From contig NC_086099.1 in NCBI RefSeq assembly GCF_963921235.1, positions 124,310,001 through 124,374,000 on the forward strand: 64,000 nucleotides of DNA, read 5' to 3'. Position 1 is the first letter of the stretch. Each line of letters starts with the position of its first letter. Below, piece after piece: positions 48,850 to 59,987 of the stretch. Both the position numbers and the translations under genes were made by a program. This stretch comes from Mobula hypostoma. Lineage: Eukaryota. Below the pieces are notes generated by a model. That model searched no databases. It was not told the origin of the DNA and saw only the letters and a program-made list of their open reading frames with translations.

Positions 48850-49620
48850 AACAACCTTCCCTTCGAAGATATGCCAGCTCGTGGAGTGGTGTCGCAGCGA
48901 CAACCTGGCACTCAACGTCAGTAAGACGAAAGAGCTGATTGTGGACTTCAGGAAGGGTAAGACGAAGGAGCACACACCAATCCTCATAGAGGGGTCAGAA
49001 GTGCAGAGAATAAGCAGTTTCAAGTACCTGGGTGTCAAGATCTCTGAGGATCTAACCTGCTCCCAATATATTGATGCAGCTACCAAGAAGGCAAGACAGT
49101 GACTATACTTCATTAGGAGTTTGAAGAGATTTAGTATGTCAACAAAAACACTCAAAAACTTCTACAGATGTACCGCGGAGAGCATTCTGACAGGCTGCAT
49201 CACTGTCTGGTATGGGGGGGGGGGGGGCTACTACACAGGACCGAAAGAAGCTGCAGAGGGTCATAAATGTAGTCGGCTCCATCTTGGGTACTAGCCTACA
49301 AAGTACCCAGGACACCTTCAAGGAGCAGTGTCTCAGAAAGGCAGTGTCCATTATTAAGGACCTCCAACACCCAGGACATGCCCTTTTCTCACTGTTACCA
49401 TCAGGTAGGAAGTACAGAAGCCTGAAGGCACACACTCAGTGATTCAGGAACAGCTTCTTCTCCTCTGCCATCCGATTCTTAAATGGACATTGAACTCTTG
49501 GACATCACCTCACTTTTTCAATATATATTATTTCTGTTTTTGCATAATGTTTAATCTCTGATATATATATATACCCACTGTAATTGATTTATTTAGTTTT
49601 CTTCCATATTATGTATATTG
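48850..49620 (+). mobile_element. Rex1/Babar 3' fragment
   Basis: LVEWCRSDNLALNVSKTKELIVDFRK...LLPSGRKYRSLKAHT. Confidence 0.85.
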
Positions 49621-49659
49621 CATTGAACTGAATTTTTGAATGAATTGAATTTTGAATTG

Positions 49660-51140
49660 ACTTTATAACTTGTATCCTTCATATACATGAGGAGTAAATA
49701 TCTGTACATCTCCATCTAAATGTGCAATTTAGAGTAATTTGTAATAAATAGTATGTACAACAGGACAGTCACCATAACACAGAAATACAATTGTATCAGC
49801 GTGAATTAATCAGTCTGATGGCCTAGTGGAAGAAGCTGTCCTGGAGCCTGTTGGTCCTGGCTTTTAGGCTGCGATACCGTATTCTGGATGGGAGGAGCTG
49901 GAATAGATTGTGGTTGGGGTGACTCGGGTCCCCAATGATCCTTCTGGCCCTTTTCACACACCTGTCTTTATAAAATGGTCCTGAATAGCCGGAAGTTCAC
50001 ATCTACAGATGCGCTGGGCTGTCTGCACCACTCTCTGCAGAGTCCTGTGATTGAGGGAAGTACAGTTCCCATACCAGGCAGTGATGTAGCCAGTCAGGAT
50101 GCTCTCAATTGTGCCCCTGTGGAAAGTTCTTAGAATTTGGGGACCCATACCAAACTTCTTCAACCGTCTGAGGTGTAAAAGGCGCAGTTGTGCCTTTTTC
50201 ATCACACAGCCAGTTTGTACAGACAACCTGAGATCCTCGGTGATGTTTATACCAGGGAACTTAAATTTGTTCACCCTCTCAACTCCAGATCCATTGACGT
50301 CAATAGGGGTTAGCCTGTCTCCATTCCTCCTGTAGTCCACAACCAGCTCCTCTTTTTTTGAGACATTGAGGGAGAGGTTGCTTTCTTGACACCACCGTGT
50401 CAGAGAGATGATTTCTTCCGTCGGCTGCCTCGTTATTATTTGAGACAAGGCCAATCAATGTAGTGTCATCGGCAAATTTAATTAACAGATTGGAACTGTG
50501 GGTGGCAACACAGTCATGGGTATACAGAGAGTAAAGCAGGGGGCTTAGGACACAGCCCTGAGGGGCACCTCTGTTGAGGGTCAGAGGGGCAGAGGTGAGG
50601 GAGTCCACTCTTACCACATGCCAGCGATCTGACAGGAAGTCCAGGATCCAACTGCACAAGGCAGGGTCAAGGCCAAGGTCTCTGAGCTTCTTGTCAAGCC
50701 CAGAGGGAACTATAGTGTTGAATGCTGAACTGTAGTCCAAGAACAGCATTCTCACATAAGCATCCCTCTTCTCCAGGTGTGCAAGGACAATATGTAGAGC
50801 TGTGGCTAACATGTTGTCTGTTGATTGGTTGTGTCAGTAGGTGAACTGTTGGGGTCCAGTTTGGGTGGTAGCAAGCTGCAGATGTAGTCCTTGACCAGCC
50901 TCTCAAAGCATTTGCTAAGTATTCAGGTGAGTGCGACAGGACGCCAGTCGTTCAGACATGTTGCCTTGGTCTTTTTAGGTACAGGGACAACGTTGGATGT
51001 TTTGAAGCAGGAGGACACTCTACACTGGCAGAAGGAGAGATTAAAACTGACTGTAAACACACCTGTCAGTTGTGCCGTACACATCCTGAGTACCCGCTCT
51101 GGGATGCCGTCCAGTCCCGCAGCCTTGCGACTGCCCACTC
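49660..51140 (-). mobile_element. Rex1/Babar LINE, 5'-truncated (RT to 3' UTR)
   Basis: LFLDYSSAFNTI...GAPQGCVLSPLLYSLYTHDC...KFADDTT; frameshifted. Confidence 0.9.
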
Positions 51141-51456
51141 ATTGGAATCTGCTGCTAAGTTAACAAATTTCACCACACATGCCAGTGATAATAAGCCTGA
51201 TTCTGATTCTTTGGGAATGGCAACAATACTGTACTGACTACTCTAGTCTCAGCCCTATAGAAATTAGCCCTTTTTTTCCCCAATTCCTTTTATCTAAAGG
51301 ATTTATCATTACTCACAGAAGCAGGGTCAGCGGCAATTTTATTATAAAATTCCGTGCAGATACGTCACAATAGATTTAACAATAATCAGATGAAGAACTA
51401 CCACTAACCCTGAATAAATCCTGAGCAAGCAATCCCTTATTCTGAAAAGGGACCTC

Positions 51457-52301
51457 TGTTACGTAACGGGCAACAATGAATATTAATCGAGACAGGTTTT
51501 ATAAAAACAACCAAACATTTATTAAACACGTATAAGCGATAGGGGGAAAAAAAAGAGGAAAACTTTAACCGGAGGTTAACAGGTATGCAGCCGTTCACCA
51601 ACTCCACTCGGCTCTGGTTCTTAAAGCGATACAATCAGATATAGTTCTTAAAGCGATAACTTCAAAAGTCCAACAGTTTTACACATTCAATCGGGAGAGA
51701 CTTCTCTGGAGAACGATTTCTTCACCGACGCACCTTTACTGCTGGTTCTGTCCACAGGATTCCAGATGCCAAAAATAAACAGTTTAAATCAACTGACCTT
51801 AAATTCCTTTTAGAGAGACAGAGCCTTTGCATGAACGCATTGCGCTATTGCAAGAGTTATCTCAATGCAGCTTCTCTTCAACGAAGACTCAGTAAGGTCG
51901 ATCCTTTATTAAACTGCCAACCGATGCCGACTTCTCTCGATCCTTCACTTCGATGAATTCTTCACTCTCCCTTCAAAACTGTCGGAATTGAGTAAATTGG
52001 CACTTCCAGCCACGAATTTCCAGTCCAAGTAATATGGAATCTTCCAACAGAACGTACAACCGTTTTAAAAATGAAACTGCGTCACGAAAACAAACGCAAC
52101 AGAAACGGAGATACAACACGTTCTACCTGGAAATCTACAAACTCAAAAACCCACTGCGTCACCTGGGTCGACCCTTATATAGTCACGGGGCACATGTCAT
52201 CACGTGACCTCATGACAGTGGGAAAATCACATCAGGTGACCTCCAAAAGACCATTACAGCATTCTCACCAAAAAAAAACAGATCTCCTTGAGCATGTAAC
52301 A
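51457..52301 (-). mobile_element. Solo LTR (845 bp), Gypsy- or ERV-type
   Basis: Termini TGTTAC...GTAACA; 4-bp TSD CCTC at 51453-51456 and 52302-52305; minus-strand TATATAA near 52176-52182 and AATAAA at 51518-51523. Confidence 0.85.
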
Positions 52302-52547
52302 CCTCTAGTACAATACTCGATAACCTGTAAATCTGTGAAACTTTTTCTTTAAAAAAAAAGATTTTAATCTAATATAAAATGTTTCCCTTGACGTCCACAT
52401 ACACACACAGGAGAATATAGCACAGGCCAGCAACGAAAGAACTTAAGCAAATATTTCACCAGTCACAAGAATATTTGGTTTAAGTTTTAGTGAAAAACCA
52501 AGATGTACGTTCTATCAGTGAACAATAACTTCACTTCAATCTCTTAC

Positions 52548-52701
52548 TCTGGCTCCGTAGCTCTGCGATGGATTGGAACTTATTTCTGAATGCAACTGCT
52601 ATCCCTGCTCCCATACGGCAGTCCTCACTGATGCAGTGTGCCAGTGATTCTTCTGCTGGACACCGGAACAGATCACCAGTCACGTACGAGACAGCAAAGC
52701 C
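52548..52701 (-). CDS. OARD1: OARD1 coding exon (154 nt)
   Basis: [51 protein letters not shown] matches human [34 protein letters not shown]; phase 0 to phase 1. Confidence 0.96.
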
Positions 52702-53019
52702 CTATGACGGCAAAGAAAATCAGTTACAGAAATTTAACAGCTGGCTCACCGTCCCCAGTATCTTATTCCACCCATGCTCAGAATTCCCCATTGATATAGT
52801 TATTTTCACCATCGAAAGCATACCTAATATGCACCCCGTGGGGAGGACATACAGGTGACGCCAGAATTGAACTCAACTCCGATGCCCCCCGCTGTAAGAG
52901 CATTGCACTAAGCATTACCCCATCATGATGCCCACAGGATGGTGTAAACGACTGCTTGATATTTGGCACAGACTTGCTGGACCAAAAACCTGTTCCAGTG
53001 CTGTCCACCGGACACAAAG

Positions 53020-53685
53020 AGGCAAACGCACGTGAGCATTCAATTCAAGAGGACTTAAATGTATAGGCAAGGAAATAATACTGACACTTTATAAGGCATT
53101 GGTTGGACTGCACTTGGTGAGGCTCCACTTGGAGTACTGAGAGCAATTTTTGGCCCTTTATCTAAGAAAGGATGTACTGACATTGGAGAAGGTCAAGAAG
53201 AGGTTCATGAGAATGGTCCCTGGAGTGAAAGGGTTACATATCAGGAGTGTATGATGGTTCCTAGTCTGTAGTCGCTGGAGTTCAGCAGAATCGGGGAGGG
53301 AGCGGGATCTCATTGAAAGCTATCGAATGTTGAAAGGGCTGGATAGAGTGGATGTAGGAAGGATGTTTCCCAGGGTGGGTGAATCTAGGACCAGAGGGCA
53401 CAGCCTCAGAATAGAGAGACATCCACTTAGAATACAGATGGTGAATATTTTAGTCAGAGGATGGTGAATCTGTGGAATTCATTGCCACAGATGGATGTGG
53501 AGGCCAAGTCATTGGGTATATTTGTATATTTAAAGCAGAGGGTTGAGAGGTTCAGGATTAGTTAAAGAATCAAAAAGTTAGAGGGAGAAGGTGGGAGAAT
53601 GGGATTGAGAAAGGTAACAAATCAGCCATTACTGAATGCCAGAGCAGACTTGATGGGCCAAATGGTCTAATTCTGCTATATTTTA
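53020..53685 (+). mobile_element. Decayed CR1 3' fragment
   Basis: cactttataaggcattggt...ctagaaccagagggcacagcctcagaata-type CR1 end. Confidence 0.75.
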
Positions 53686-53959
53686 TGGATATTATTAGAG
53701 ACGATAATAATTCAGTCAGAGATGGCCTTAAGGACCCTTTTAAAAAAAAAGGTAATTTCCAGGACGTTCAGGGCGTGAGCAACTGCTGAAGATATGGCCA
53801 AAGCAAAAACTGATGGGTCAGAACTGGAGAAGCAGTAGCCCTGACATTATATCAGGCAAACATCATTAGTCTTACATTATGATGAACTTCTTTTGGTTCC
53901 TTAATAAAGTAAGATGCAGCTTATTTTTAGGCAGATTATGATTACATTCACATACTCAC

Positions 53960-53992
53960 ATTGCGCTTTGGTGCTTTCTCAGTATAATCCAT
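53960..53992 (-). CDS. OARD1: OARD1 first coding exon (MDYTEKAPKRN)
   Basis: Acceptor ttatcttcag at 54013, ATG at 53992, donor AAT|GTGAGT in phase 0 matching the next exon. Little sequence similarity to human, so assigned from structure. Confidence 0.7.
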
Positions 53993-54199
53993 CCTTTTGG
54001 TTATCCTACCTGCTGAAGATAACAGGAGTGTTTATTTAACTACACAATTCTCCTGATCCTGCCTGATTCTGGTTAATTATCTACTCTACTGCTTCTAGAA
54101 CGGCTGAAACACAATATTCTCCAACACCGGCTCTTCAGCTGTTTAGGTGCTCAAACTTCCCTCCCTCGAACTCTCCTCACCCTCCCCACTTTGTAAAGA

Positions 54200-54450
54200 A
54201 AAGATCACAAGACATAGGAGCAGAACTAGGCCATTCAGTCCATCCAGCCTGTCCCACCATTCAACCAAGCTTGACCGACTATCCCATTCTCCCACATTCT
54301 CTCTGCAATCCTTGATGCCCTTACTAATCCAGAATCTATCAGCCTCTGCTTTAAATATACCTGATGACTTGTCCTCCACAGCTGTCTGTGGCAACAAATT
54401 CCACAAATTCACCAACCTCTGGCTAAAGAACTTCATGTGTTCTAAATGAA
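54200..54450 (-). mobile_element. CR1 3'-end fragment
   Basis: FFSQRLVNLWNLLPQTAVEDKSSGIFKAE. Confidence 0.75.
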
Positions 54451-55649
54451 CATGTATTTTAAAAAATTTTTTTCGTTAACTTTGCTTTGCTAACCTGTCA
54501 AATTTCAATTATTATATTCCTGCAAACCCCATTAGCATATTAAATATATATATATTTTTAATTGAGACACAGCCCAGAATAGCCCTTCCAGCCCCTCGAG
54601 CTGCACCACCCAACAACCCTTAATTTCACTTAGCCAATTAACCTACCAACCGTTCAGTTTTTGGACTGTGGTAGGAAACTGAAGCACCCAGAGGAAACCC
54701 ATGAGGTCACGGGGCAAATGTATAAACTCCTTACAGGCAACAGCCGGCTGTAAACCCGGGTCACCGGTACTGTAAAGCACTGTGCAAACCACTATGCTCA
54801 TGTGCTTAAATGCTTTGCAAACAACTGTGGGATATTATTGAAACCTTCAATAAAGTATATCCTCATCCAATATGGGAAAGGCTTAAAAAACATTCTTACA
54901 AACTCCTACACAAAACTTTATTACAAGGCAAGCTACTGATCTAGGCATTTTGGACAGGCAAATACCACATATGACATCTTTCTTTGCTGGATTTAGTGGA
55001 TAACATTAATTAAGACAGCAAACTTTGGTTGCTTTGTGGTGCTGCAGAGAAAAAGCTGAAGCTGAGTGTTTTGAAACTCATATAGAGCAAAGAATACCTG
55101 CCACAAATTGATCTTATGAAATCATAGGCACCAAGATCCTCCACAGCAGGCTCGGGCTGGCCCTGGGAAGGAGAATGCAGCAGAACCGCGATGATGGGGA
55201 CAGAGAAGGTACATGGAAGGGCACCCATTTGAAACAGATACCCAATGAAAAACTTGGAGCCAGGATCTTTTATCAGGGAACCTACTAAAACTTAAAGATT
55301 CATTTTCCTTAAGAACAACATTTTTAAAAAGCATTTAAACAAGGTTTCAGATAAGGCCATTCCATTGGTTCCTACGTCAATCTATTCCTGCAATTTTTTA
55401 ATGCCTGTTCCCAAACCACCCCCCCCCCCACCCCGACCTCAATGAGAATACTCGGACAGCTCATGCCCTACAGCCAGCTCCTGGAATATCAACATGGAGC
55501 ATTTATTGACGTTAAAGGGGTAACGTAGTTTTGGCTACAAACGAGATTCTATCAAGGTATATATTAACTGCTACACAAAAATAAAAAAAGGAAGCGTGCC
55601 CACCAAATGAACAATAACTCTTACAGAACAGCCACTAACAGACAATCCA

Positions 55650-56800
55650 CTGTAGTGAGGGGCAGAAAGCCCGCCGGATCGCGGTTGGAATAACGCCAGG
55701 GGACAATTAAAGACGCCGCGCTGTTCACAAGGGTCCAACACACACACAATGCTGGAGGAACTCAGCAGGCCAGGCAGAAACTATGGAAAGAGTAAACAGT
55801 CGACGTTTAGGGTGGAGAACCTTATACTGGGAAGGAAGGGGAGCAGGCGGGCTCTTTTCTTGATGCTGCCTGGCCTGCCGAGTTCCTCCAGCATTTTGTC
55901 TGCGTTGCTTTGGATTTCTACCGTCTGCAGACTTTCTCGTGTTTACCAAGGTGGACTCCCGAGCCTTCTGCCCCTGGAGACGGGGAGGGGGCCGTATAGT
56001 TGCACCGCACGTTGCTCCGGGCTTCAAGAGTGTGGGCAAGAGGTATTGTGACCCAGCCCGACAGCTACGACGGGTTTCCGCGTCGCCCCCGACTCCGAGC
56101 GATGATAATCTTGCTGGAGAGGTCGGGGAGTTGACTGTACGGAACCTGCCGGTACTGCGGCGGCTTGAGGTGCGGAGATCCCAGCCCTTCCTGCCAATAT
56201 AAAACCGTCGCCCTAGCCCAGCCTCCCCGCCGCCCTGCCGAAGCGGTAAACGGAAGAGAAATACCAGAGATGGCGCAGTCAGACTGCAAACCGAATGAAA
56301 ATTGAAGGACTGGAAGGACCCTGGGAAGGAGTCGGTGTTGTGTGTCTGCGTCCTGACCCGCTTGTCCTTCCTACCGCGGCGTTTTCTGTTTTCGTTCAAA
56401 ATGCACCAGGTGGAAGCTGTACCGAGATTTCTCAGCAACAGAAAGTGTGGCAGCAATGCGGAATTTCCTGTGCCTGAGATGACGTTCGAGCCGCTGAATT
56501 GTGTTGTTCCTCTAGAGTCGGGCTGCGTCACTTTCGAGGCAGTATTACAATCATTCTTAAAAATTAAAGTAATTTTATCAAATACACTAGCTCTGACCAC
56601 TGCACAGCCAACTGTCTCGTTCTGTTCGCCGTTTCAATAACTTTTGATTATTTTTACAAATATTAATTGCTACGGAAGGAATAAATCTGCCAGGCGTTAC
56701 GTTTACGCGGGTAAAAATGTGCCAGCTTTCGTTTGAAAAATAAACGTTGGGACGAGCGTGAAAGGAATGGTTAACTACATCTCCTCTTGAAGCTATTGTT
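55650..56800. promoter_or_regulatory. CpG-island-like, probably bidirectional promoter (OARD1 on -; divergent gene on +, NFYA by mammalian synteny)
   Basis: Sharp rise in CpG density; CCAAT 56194-56198, TATAAAA 56198-56204, CGGAAG (ETS) near 56251 and AGATGGCG (YY1-like) near 56267. No NFYA coding exon found in the window. Confidence 0.6.
55740..55935. repeat. Degenerate fold-back Penelope-end mini-element
   Basis: aatgctggaggaactcagcaggccaggcag ... ctgcctggcctgccgagttcctccagcatt inverted arms; similar units at about 46130-46310 and 61455-61640. Confidence 0.7.
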
Positions 56801-58074
56801 TCCAAAAAGTAATAGGGTTGACCTGAAAGTGGGACATTCATTTTTAGTTTAAAGTATGTACAACAATGAATTTTCCCGCAAGACTCTGTGAAACGAGTGC
56901 CAGTTTTATATAAGTAAAAACTGGGTTATTCTCAAGCCTTCAGCCTTGAGCAAACCATGTTTGATGTACCATCCGATGCAAAACCAATGCAATTTGCAAG
57001 ACTCTGGCCACATCTTTTGATTTCCTCGTCAATCAAATTGAATATTTTCTCCTGTAGCCTCTTGCACCGGAATTAAACCGAGAAATCCAGTTACAATTTC
57101 CTTTGTCCTATCACTTAAAAATCGAACTAAAATGCACAAGTGTTTTTGTGTTGTAATGTCAGTAGATTCATCTATAATGATGGCATATTTCTTGTTCTGA
57201 AAGTCATCAATGAGATTAGCTTTCAGTGCAGGCGAAATGATGTTCTTGATTAAGCATGCACATTTAGTTTTATGTAACTTTATGTGCTCCCATGCTCACA
57301 TGATTTCCCATGCTATCATGATTTCACTCAGGTGGTCAACTGTATGCATCACACAATGGCAGGTCATGCTTACAGCAACTTGCAGCTCTACTGCCTTAAC
57401 TTTATCTGTAGGAACAGTACAGGAGGATTGGAGGGAGGCGAATGTTGTCCCCTTGTTCAAAAAAGGTAGTAGGGATAGTCTGGGTAATTATAGACCAGTG
57501 AGCCTTATGTCTGCGGTGGGATAGCTGTTGGAAAAGATTCTTAGAGATAGGATCTATGGGCATTTAGAGAAACATCGTCTGATCAGGGATAGTCAGCATG
57601 GCTTTGTGAAGGGCAGATCGTGTCTAACAAGCCTGATAGAGTTCTTTCAGGAGGTGACCAGGCATATAGATGAGGGTAGTGCAGTGGATGTGATCTAGAT
57701 GGATTTTAGTAAGGCATTTGACAATGTTCCACACCGTAGGCTTATTCAGAAAGTCAGAAGGCATGGGATCCAGGGGAGTTTGGCCAGGTGGATTCAGAAT
57801 TGGCTTGCCTGCAGAAAGCAGAGGGTTGTGATGGAGGGAAGACATTTGGATTGGAGGGTTGTGACTAGTGGTGTCCCACAAGGATCGCTTCTGGGGCCTC
57901 TACTTTTCGTGATTTTTATTAACGATCTGGATGTGGGGGTATAAGGGTGGGTTGGCAAGTTGGTGGTGTTGTGGATACGTAGAGGATTGTTGAAGATTGC
58001 AGAGAGATATTGATAGGATGCAGAAGTGGGCTGAGAAGTGGCAGATGGAGTTCAACCCGGAGAAGTGTGAGGTG

Positions 58075-59987
58075 AATTCCAAAAGATGCTGGAATTTCAA
58101 GCAACACACACAAAAATGCTGGTGGACGCAGCAGGCCAGGCAGCATCTATAGGAAGAGGTACAGTCGATGTTTCGGGCCGAGACCCTTCGTCAGGACTAA
58201 CTGAAATTAGAGCTAGTAAGAGATTTGAAAGTGGGAGGGGGAGGGGGAGATCTGAAATGATAGGGGAAGACAGGAGGGGGAAGGATGGAGCCAAGAGCTG
58301 GAAAGTAAATTGGCAAAAGGGATGTGAGAGGATCATGGGATGGGAGACCTAGGGAGAAAGAAAGGGGGAGGGGGGAAGCCCAGAGGATGGGCAAGGAGTA
58401 TAGTGAGAGGGACAGAGGGAGAAAAAGGAGAGAGAGGGAGAGAAAAAAATTAATAATAATAATAATAATAAATAAATATCGGATACGAAGGGGAGGTGGG
58501 GCATTAACGGAAGTTAGAGAAGTCAATGTTCGTGCCATCAGGTTGGAGGCTATTCAGACGAAATATAAGGTGTTGTTCCTCCAACCTGTGTGTGGCTTCA
58601 TCTTTACAGTAGAGGAGGCCGTGGATAGACATATCAGAATGGGAATGGGACATGGAATTAAAATGTGTGGCTACCGGGAGATCCTGTTTTCTCTGGCGGA
58701 CATAGCGTAGGTGTTCAGCGAAACCGTCTCCCAGCCTGCGTCGGGTCTCACCAATATATAGAAGGCCACATCGGGAGCACTGGACTCAGTATATCACCCC
58801 AGTCGACTCACAAGTGAAGTGTCACCTCACCTGGAAGGTCTGGGGTCCTGAATGGTGGTGAGGGAGGAAGTGTAAGGGCATGTGTAGCACTTGTTCCGCT
58901 TAAAAGGATAAGTGCCGGGAGGGAGGTCGGTGGGAAGGGATGGGGGGGACAAATGGGCAAGGAAGTCGCGTAGGGACCAATCCCTGCGGAAAGCGGGGGG
59001 GGGTGGGGCGGAGGGAAAGATGTGCTTAGTGGTGGATCCCGTTGGAGATGGCGGAAGTTACGTTGAATTATATGTTGGACCCGAAGGCTGGTGGGGTGGT
59101 AGGTGAGGACAAGGGGAACCCTATTCCTAGTGGGGTGGCGGGAGGATGGAGTGAGAGCGGATGTGTGTGAAATGGGAGAGATGCGTTTGAGAGCAGAGTT
59201 GATGGTGGAGGAAGGGAAGCCCCTTTATTTAAAAAAGGACATCTCCTTCGTCCTGGAATGAAAAGCCTCACCCTGAGAGCAGATGTGGTGGAGACGGAGG
59301 AATTGCGAGAAGGGGATGGCATTTTTGCAAGAGACAGAGTGAGAAGAGGAATAGTCCAGATAGCTGTGAGAGTCCATTGGCTTATAGTAGACATCAGTAG
59401 ATAAGCTGTCTCCAGAGATAGAGACAGAAATATCAAGAAAGGGGAGGGAGGTGTTGGAAATGGACCAGGTAAACTTGAGGGCAGGGTGAAAGTTGGAGGC
59501 AAAGTTAATTAAGTCAACGAGCTCAGCAACTGTGCAGGAAGCAGCGCCAATGCCGTCGTCGATGTAGCAAAGGAAAAGTGGGGGACAGATACCAGTATAG
59601 GTTTGGAACATAGATTGTTCCACAAAGCCAACAAAAAGGCAGGCATAGCTTGGAACCATTCGGGTCCCCATGGCTACATCCTTAGTTTGGAGGAAGTGGG
59701 AGGAGGCAAAGGAGAAATTATTAAGATTAAGGATTAATTCCGCTAGACGGAGCAGAGTGGTGGTAGAGGGGAACTGGTTAGCTCTGGAATCCAAAAAATA
59801 AGTGGAGAGCTTTGAGACATTCCTGGTGGGGGATGGAGGTATATAGGGACTGGACATCCATGGTGAAAATAAATCCATGGTGGGGGCCAGGGAACTTAAA
59901 ATCATTGAAAAAATTCAGAGCGTGAGAAGTGTCACAAACATAGGTAGGAAGGGATTGAACAAGGGGGGATAAAACAGTGTCGAGGTA
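58075..59987 (-). mobile_element. Penelope-like element (RT C-half, GIY-YIG endonuclease, hammerhead-bearing terminus), 5'-truncated
   Basis: ORF 59225-59905 MGTRMVPSYACLF...YIDD...DVYYKPMDSHSYLDY; VIY...YIGET at about 58690-58830 with stops; 12-bp TSD AAGTGTGAGGTG at 58063-58074 and 59988-59999. Confidence 0.92.
58163..58198 (-). ncRNA. Minimal type I hammerhead ribozyme motif at the Penelope terminus (one substitution)
   Basis: Minus strand AGTC-CTGACGA-AGGG-TCTCGG-CCC-GAAA-CATC-GACT: core, stem I AGUC/GACU and stem II are present. The ACGU palindrome/GUC site seen at 7401-7434 reads ACAU here. Confidence 0.65.

Noticed and set aside
55725-56600. 291-aa minus-strand ORF and overlapping 100-112 aa ORFs
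   Set aside because: GC-rich promoter sequence plus a Penelope-end palindrome; no recognisable domain or gene structure.
56820-56930. Possible left TIR/TSD of the hAT element (tagggttgacc, or ctgggtt after taaaaa)
   Set aside because: Does not match the right terminus CAGGATTACCAGATT or give an in-register 8-bp TSD.
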